Positions 59,736-64,000 of a stretch of 64,000 nucleotides of DNA are shown piece by piece (the stretch's first letter is position 1; the number at the start of each line of letters is the position of its first letter). The notes beneath the pieces were generated by a model. It saw nothing but the letters and a program-made list of their open reading frames with translations. It was not told the DNA's origin and did no database searches. Location of the stretch: positions 864,001 through 928,000 of the forward strand of contig CAXXKM010000002.1 in NCBI GenBank assembly GCA_963664435.2, given 5' to 3'. Both the position numbers and the translations under genes were made by a program. This stretch comes from Longimicrobiales bacterium. GTDB lineage: Bacteria > Gemmatimonadota > Gemmatimonadetes > Longimicrobiales > Gaopeijiaceae.

Positions 59736-62256
59736 CGCGAGAGAGCGGCAGCGGGCCGCCCGCGTCCTCGCGACGGCGGCGATCCTGGGCGCTCTTGCGC
59801 CCGTTCCGGCCATCGGCCAGCAAGCCGTGGGCGACTTCCCGGTGCCGCAGAGCCTCGTGGAGGAAGTGCTCCCGGGCGCGATCTCCTTCGATGTGCGCGA
59901 CGGCGACCCGCGTGTGATCGTCGGCTACGCCGCCGAGGCCCCGGACGAGGAGGCCGTGGTCGGATACGCCTTCCTGACGTCGGACGTCCCTCCGGAGGAA
60001 CTCGGCTACAACGGCCCCATCGAGGTGCTGGTGGGGATGGACCGGGAGGGCGTGCTGACCGGGGTCCGGGTCACCCATTACGTCGAATCCTACATCCGCA
60101 CCCGCGGCGATTTCCTGCGCACCCCGGGCTACGAGGCCCAGTTCACGGGCAAGTCCATCTCCGACCCCTTCCGCGCCAAGCGCGATGTCCGGGTGGTTTC
60201 GCGGGCCACGATCTCGGTCTCGGCCATGTCGCGCGGCATCCGCGCCTCCGCGCGCCGGGTGTACGCCAACTATCTGGCCACCCGGCCGTCCGCCGAATCC
60301 GGGGGCTCGCTCCTGACCATCGGCATCGATGAGCTGGATGAGCTGTCCTGGTCGGACATGGTCGCGGGCGAGCTGGTGCCGCAGATCCATGTGCTCGAGA
60401 ACGACGTCACCCGCATCGTGCTCTCCTTCGCGCACATCCGCAGCGATTCCGTCGGCGAGATGCTGGTCGGCCGAAGCAGATTCGGGGAAGTGGCGGAACA
60501 GTTCGGGGAACGGACGCAGGAAGACCACCTGATGCTCGTGGGGGTCGATGGCGCGCTGGCGCTCCTCTTCTATCCGCGCACGCTCTCGCTGGTGCAGGGC
60601 GCCGACACCCTCGACATGGACGACCCGGACGTCTTCATGCTGGGGGAACCGCGCAGCGGGATGGTTTCGGGACAGTTCCGCAACGTCGGGGTGATGGCGG
60701 TGCCGGGCTCCCTCGATGTCGAGCAGCACTTCGACATCTACTTCGATCTCCGTCCCGGGATGGATCTCTATTCGACGGAGTATCCGCCTCCGCAGGTCGC
60801 GGAGAGGGTGGTGGCGGAGGCGCCTCCCGTGGAGGACCCGGAGCCCGCCAACCCGGTGGATGAGGCGGCCGCGTCCGCAGCCGGTGCGGAGACCGTCGCA
60901 GCCGTGACGGATATTGTCGTAACCGAGCCCGAAAACGTCTCGGGCGATCCCTCGTCCGTCGCGTCCGGGCCGCCCGCGGATCCGGCTGCGGCCGGCGGGG
61001 CAGCGGTCGACGCGCCCGGGGGCGCCGCGGCGACTTCGGCAGGAGCAGATGCCGTCGAGGCCGCTCCGGGGGGCGATCCGGGCATGACGGGCGACGCCGT
61101 CCCCACCGAGGCGGATGCCGCGGCCCGTCCCCCATCCCCCGTCGATGCCGCAGCCGCGGCCGCGGAGGTGGCCGGGACAGAGGCGGCCGGCGCGCCCGCG
61201 GACCAGCCCGCGTCATCCGCGAATCCGTCGGAGGCATCCGGGAACCCGTCCGAGCCAACCGGGAACCCGTCCGAGCCACCCGGGAACCCGTCCGAAGTCG
61301 CAGCCGGGGAGAATCCATCCGCGACGACCCGGCCGACCCTCCCGCCCGACCTCGATTTTTCCCTCGCCGAGGAGCAGACCGTCCTCGAGCGCACGCTGGC
61401 GCGCACCTCGCCCGCGGAAGTCGCCTGGATGCTGGGGCTGCTGGCGCTGGTCACGGTGGCGTTCTTCCTGAAGCGCGACCCGCTGCGCTGGGTGGCCCTG
61501 GTCGCGACCTTCCTTTACCTGGGGTGGTTCGACGGCGGCTTCCTCTCGGTGTCGCACATCACCGCGGCCATCTCCGTGGGGCCGGCGGTGTTCCTGGAGG
61601 ACATCCCGCTGCTGCTGTTCGTGGTGTTCACCGTGGTTACCACGCTGCTGGTGGGGCGCGTCTTCTGCGGCTTCCTGTGCCCCTTCGGGGTCCTGCAGGA
61701 CATCCTGGAGAAGGTGGTTCCCAGGAAGTTCAAGCGAGAGTTGCCACGCGCCCTGCACGAGCGCCTGTGGCTGGTCAAGTACGTTGTGCTGGCGGCCGTC
61801 CTGCTCCCGGCGCTGGCGGGCAGCCGGGCCAGCATCTTTCCCTTCTTCGAGCCCTTCGGGACCGTCTTCTTCCTGAGCTCGTCCATGGTGCTCTGGGGCA
61901 TCGCCGGGGCGGTCCTGGCGGCCTCGGCGATCGTGCCCCGCTTCTACTGCCGCTACGCCTGCCCGCTGGGAGCGGCGCTCGCGGTCGCCTCCACCGTGTC
62001 GCCCTTCCGCATCCGCCGGGTGGAGCACTGCGACCACTGCAAGGTGTGCGAGCAGGCCTGTCCGACGGGGGCCATCGAGGGACCGCGCATCAACTTCCGC
62101 GAGTGCGTGCGGTGCAACATCTGCGAGGCGAAGCTGATCGAGCAGGCGGGCGTCTGCCGCCACGACATCCACGACGTGCGCCGCCGGCTGGTTCAACTGA
62201 AGGTGGCGCCCGACGCCCGGGTCGAGACCGGCGCCCGGGTCGAGACCGGTGCCTGA
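59728..62256 (+). CDS. NosR/NirI-like FMN-binding and 4Fe-4S membrane protein
   Basis: [41 protein letters not shown], two CxxCxxC clusters; Ala/Pro-rich linker. Confidence 0.88.
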   Translation: MSDARERQRAARVLATAAILGALAPVPAIGQQAVGDFPVPQSLVEEVLPGAISFDVRDGDPRVIVGYAAEAPDEEAVVGYAFLTSDVPPEELGYNGPIEVLVGMDREGVLTGVRVTHYVESYIRTRGDFLRTPGYEAQFTGKSISDPFRAKRDVRVVSRATISVSAMSRGIRASARRVYANYLATRPSAESGGSLLTIGIDELDELSWSDMVAGELVPQIHVLENDVTRIVLSFAHIRSDSVGEMLVGRSRFGEVAEQFGERTQEDHLMLVGVDGALALLFYPRTLSLVQGADTLDMDDPDVFMLGEPRSGMVSGQFRNVGVMAVPGSLDVEQHFDIYFDLRPGMDLYSTEYPPPQVAERVVAEAPPVEDPEPANPVDEAAASAAGAETVAAVTDIVVTEPENVSGDPSSVASGPPADPAAAGGAAVDAPGGAAATSAGADAVEAAPGGDPGMTGDAVPTEADAAARPPSPVDAAAAAAEVAGTEAAGAPADQPASSANPSEASGNPSEPTGNPSEPPGNPSEVAAGENPSATTRPTLPPDLDFSLAEEQTVLERTLARTSPAEVAWMLGLLALVTVAFFLKRDPLRWVALVATFLYLGWFDGGFLSVSHITAAISVGPAVFLEDIPLLLFVVFTVVTTLLVGRVFCGFLCPFGVLQDILEKVVPRKFKRELPRALHERLWLVKYVVLAAVLLPALAGSRASIFPFFEPFGTVFFLSSSMVLWGIAGAVLAASAIVPRFYCRYACPLGAALAVASTVSPFRIRRVEHCDHCKVCEQACPTGAIEGPRINFRECVRCNICEAKLIEQAGVCRHDIHDVRRRLVQLKVAPDARVETGARVETGA
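61219..61302 (+). repeat. Four 21-bp tandem coding repeats (GNPSExx)
   Basis: GGGAACCCGTCCGA unit three times plus one degenerate copy. Confidence 0.85.
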
Positions 62257-63271
62257 GCCGCGACGGAGTCTCTCCCGCCGCCGGGCGCTCCGGATCGGCG
62301 GGGCGGCGGGCCTGCTGCTGGCGATGGGCGGCGGACTCACGGCGGCGGTCCTTCGTCGGGCCGGGCTGCACGGCGCGAGCGAAACCCGAACCCGCATGGG
62401 CACGCTGGTGCAGGTCAGGGTGGTGCATCCGGAGGCCGCCCGCGCGCGTGAGCTGGCCGCCGCCGCTTTCGACGAGATCGATCGCCTGGAGGCGGTTTTC
62501 AGCGGCTACCGGCCCGACACGGCGGTGTCCCGCCTCAACCGGGACGGGGTTCTGAGTGATCCGCCCCCCGAACTGGTGGCGGTGGTGCGCCGCGCCCTTC
62601 ACTTCGCCGAGTTGACCGGCGGCGCCTTCGACCCCACCGTGGCCCCGCTGATGGAACTCTACCGGAGCAGCTTCGCCCAAAATGACGCACCGCCCGCGGA
62701 AACTGACGTAATGCATGCCAGGTCGCTGGTCGGGTACCGGCGCGTCCGGCTTGATGCGGCGGGCATCGCGTTCGCGGGTCCGGGCATGTCGGTCTCGCTC
62801 GACGGCATCGCCAAGGGGTACATCCTCGACCGGGTCGTCGCGCAGGTCACGGCGGCGGGCGCGGCGGGCGTGCTGGCCGACGGGGGCGGGGACGTCTCGG
62901 CCGGCGAGGGAGAGGTGGCCGGGACGGGATGGCCGGTCGGGGTGGAGCACCCGCGCGAGCCGGGGACGATGCTGGGGACGATCGAGGTGCGCCACCAGGG
63001 GGTGGCCACCTCGGGCGACTACATGCGGGCGTACACCGACGACCTCCGCCATCACCACATCGTCGACCCGCGCACGGGCGCCTCGCCGGGCCACACCAGT
63101 GCGGCCACCGTGGTGGCCCCGTCCGCCATGGACGCCGACGCCCTCGCCACCGCGGCGATGGTGCTGGGCCCCGTTCACGGCATCGAACTGCTGGAACGGG
63201 TCGATGGCGCCGAAGGAATCATCGTCACCAGGGAGCTCGACCTGGTGCGCAGTTCCGGGTTCGGAGCCTGA
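62249..63271 (+). CDS. apbE: FAD:protein FMN transferase with Tat-like signal
   Basis: SRRRAL, MGT, GAFDPTV.PL, DGIAKGY, ATSGDY, HHIVDPRTG, ADALATA. Confidence 0.93.
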   Translation: MPEPRRSLSRRRALRIGGAAGLLLAMGGGLTAAVLRRAGLHGASETRTRMGTLVQVRVVHPEAARARELAAAAFDEIDRLEAVFSGYRPDTAVSRLNRDGVLSDPPPELVAVVRRALHFAELTGGAFDPTVAPLMELYRSSFAQNDAPPAETDVMHARSLVGYRRVRLDAAGIAFAGPGMSVSLDGIAKGYILDRVVAQVTAAGAAGVLADGGGDVSAGEGEVAGTGWPVGVEHPREPGTMLGTIEVRHQGVATSGDYMRAYTDDLRHHHIVDPRTGASPGHTSAATVVAPSAMDADALATAAMVLGPVHGIELLERVDGAEGIIVTRELDLVRSSGFGA

Positions 63272-63285
63272 GGCGCTCGACATCC

Positions 63286-64000
63286 ATGTCCGAGCCACCG
63301 AAGGCGGCACGCGAGCCGATGATGTCAGCGCCCGCGCGGCCCGCTTCCGCATCCGGGCCCGTTGCCCCCGTGCGCGCGTCCCTCTTCGTCACCTGCCTGG
63401 GCGACCACTTCTACGCAGACGCCGCCGCCTCGGCCGTGCGGCTCCTGAGGAAGCTGGGGGTCGAGGTCGACTTTCCCGAGGCGCAGACCTGCTGCGGGCA
63501 GCCCGCATTCAACGCGGGCCGGGACGCCGAGGCGCGGCGCATGGCCAGGCACACCCTCGAGGTCTTTCGCGAAAGCGAGTACGTGGTGCTTCCCTCGGGG
63601 AGCTGCGCCTCCATGCTCCGGCGTTTCTACGCCCACCTCTTCGATGAGGACGCCGGCCTGTCCGGGCAGGTCGCCGACCTCGCCGGGCGCACCTTCGAGC
63701 TGGCGGAGTTCCTGGTGCGGGTGCTCGAGGTCACGGAGCTGGGGCAGGGCCTGGAGGGACGCCGGATCGCGTACCATCACGGATGCCACGCCCTGCGCGA
63801 GCTGGGGATCCGCGAGGAGCCGCTCGCGCTGATGGCCAACGCCGGGGCCGAAGTGGTCCCGTGGGAAGCGGCGGAGGAATGCTGCGGGTTCGGAGGCCTG
63901 TTCTCGGTGAGCTTCCCCCAGGTCTCCGCGGGGATGGCCGACCGCAAGCTGGACACGCTCGCCGAGGCGAGCCGGGTCGACCTCCTGACCTCCGCCGACT
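63286..64000 (+). CDS. CCG-domain Fe-S protein, LutA/LldE-like (3'-partial)
   Basis: Read manually: LFVTCLGD, QTCCGQPAFNAG, PSGSCASM, YHHGCHALR, ECCGFGGLFS. Confidence 0.88.
   Translation, partial: MSEPPKAAREPMMSAPARPASASGPVAPVRASLFVTCLGDHFYADAAASAVRLLRKLGVEVDFPEAQTCCGQPAFNAGRDAEARRMARHTLEVFRESEYVVLPSGSCASMLRRFYAHLFDEDAGLSGQVADLAGRTFELAEFLVRVLEVTELGQGLEGRRIAYHHGCHALRELGIREEPLALMANAGAEVVPWEAAEECCGFGGLFSVSFPQVSAGMADRKLDTLAEASRVDLLTSAD

Noticed and set aside
1..64000. tRNA, rRNA genes or CRISPR arrays
   Set aside because: None recognised; the att site found lies in a protein-coding gene, not a tRNA

Overview
High-GC bacterial chromosome segment. The gene repertoire (EcxA-type Zn protease, PQQ dehydrogenase lipoprotein, cadherin/FN3 surface protein) suggests Gemmatimonadota, which is an inference only. 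About 53 kb is a mosaic of nested integrative elements and defence genes, and about 10 kb at the right end is ordinary metabolism. Main results: (1) A 23-kb tyrosine-integrase element (30074-53112), bounded by a 10-bp direct repeat, is inserted in the 5' end of a CAAX/CPBP protease gene, and the empty site rebuilds an in-frame gene. (2) Four copies of a ~140-bp element end (about 7095, 13159, 30081 on the minus strand, 49614) mark related elements nested inside each other. Their core motif also sits upstream of both integrase genes. (3) An IS110 element (37456-38811) has a bridge RNA whose four guides match the actual donor and target sequences, and a second, unoccupied target lies about 80 bp away. 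(4) Defence cargo includes a DUF1156/DUF499 restriction-like system, a truncated MmeI-like gene, HNH and HEPN proteins, a Drt4-like reverse transcriptase with an extra Cys/His N-terminal domain, an sce7726/sce7725 pair, a TIGR04255 three-gene operon, type I RM, ImmA/DUF4411 and several TA modules. (5) A ColE1-like mob operon carries nested mbeB/mbeD genes and a frameshifted relaxase, and a truncated integrase is fused in frame to an adhesin/autotransporter. Family names come from motif recognition, not from database searches.
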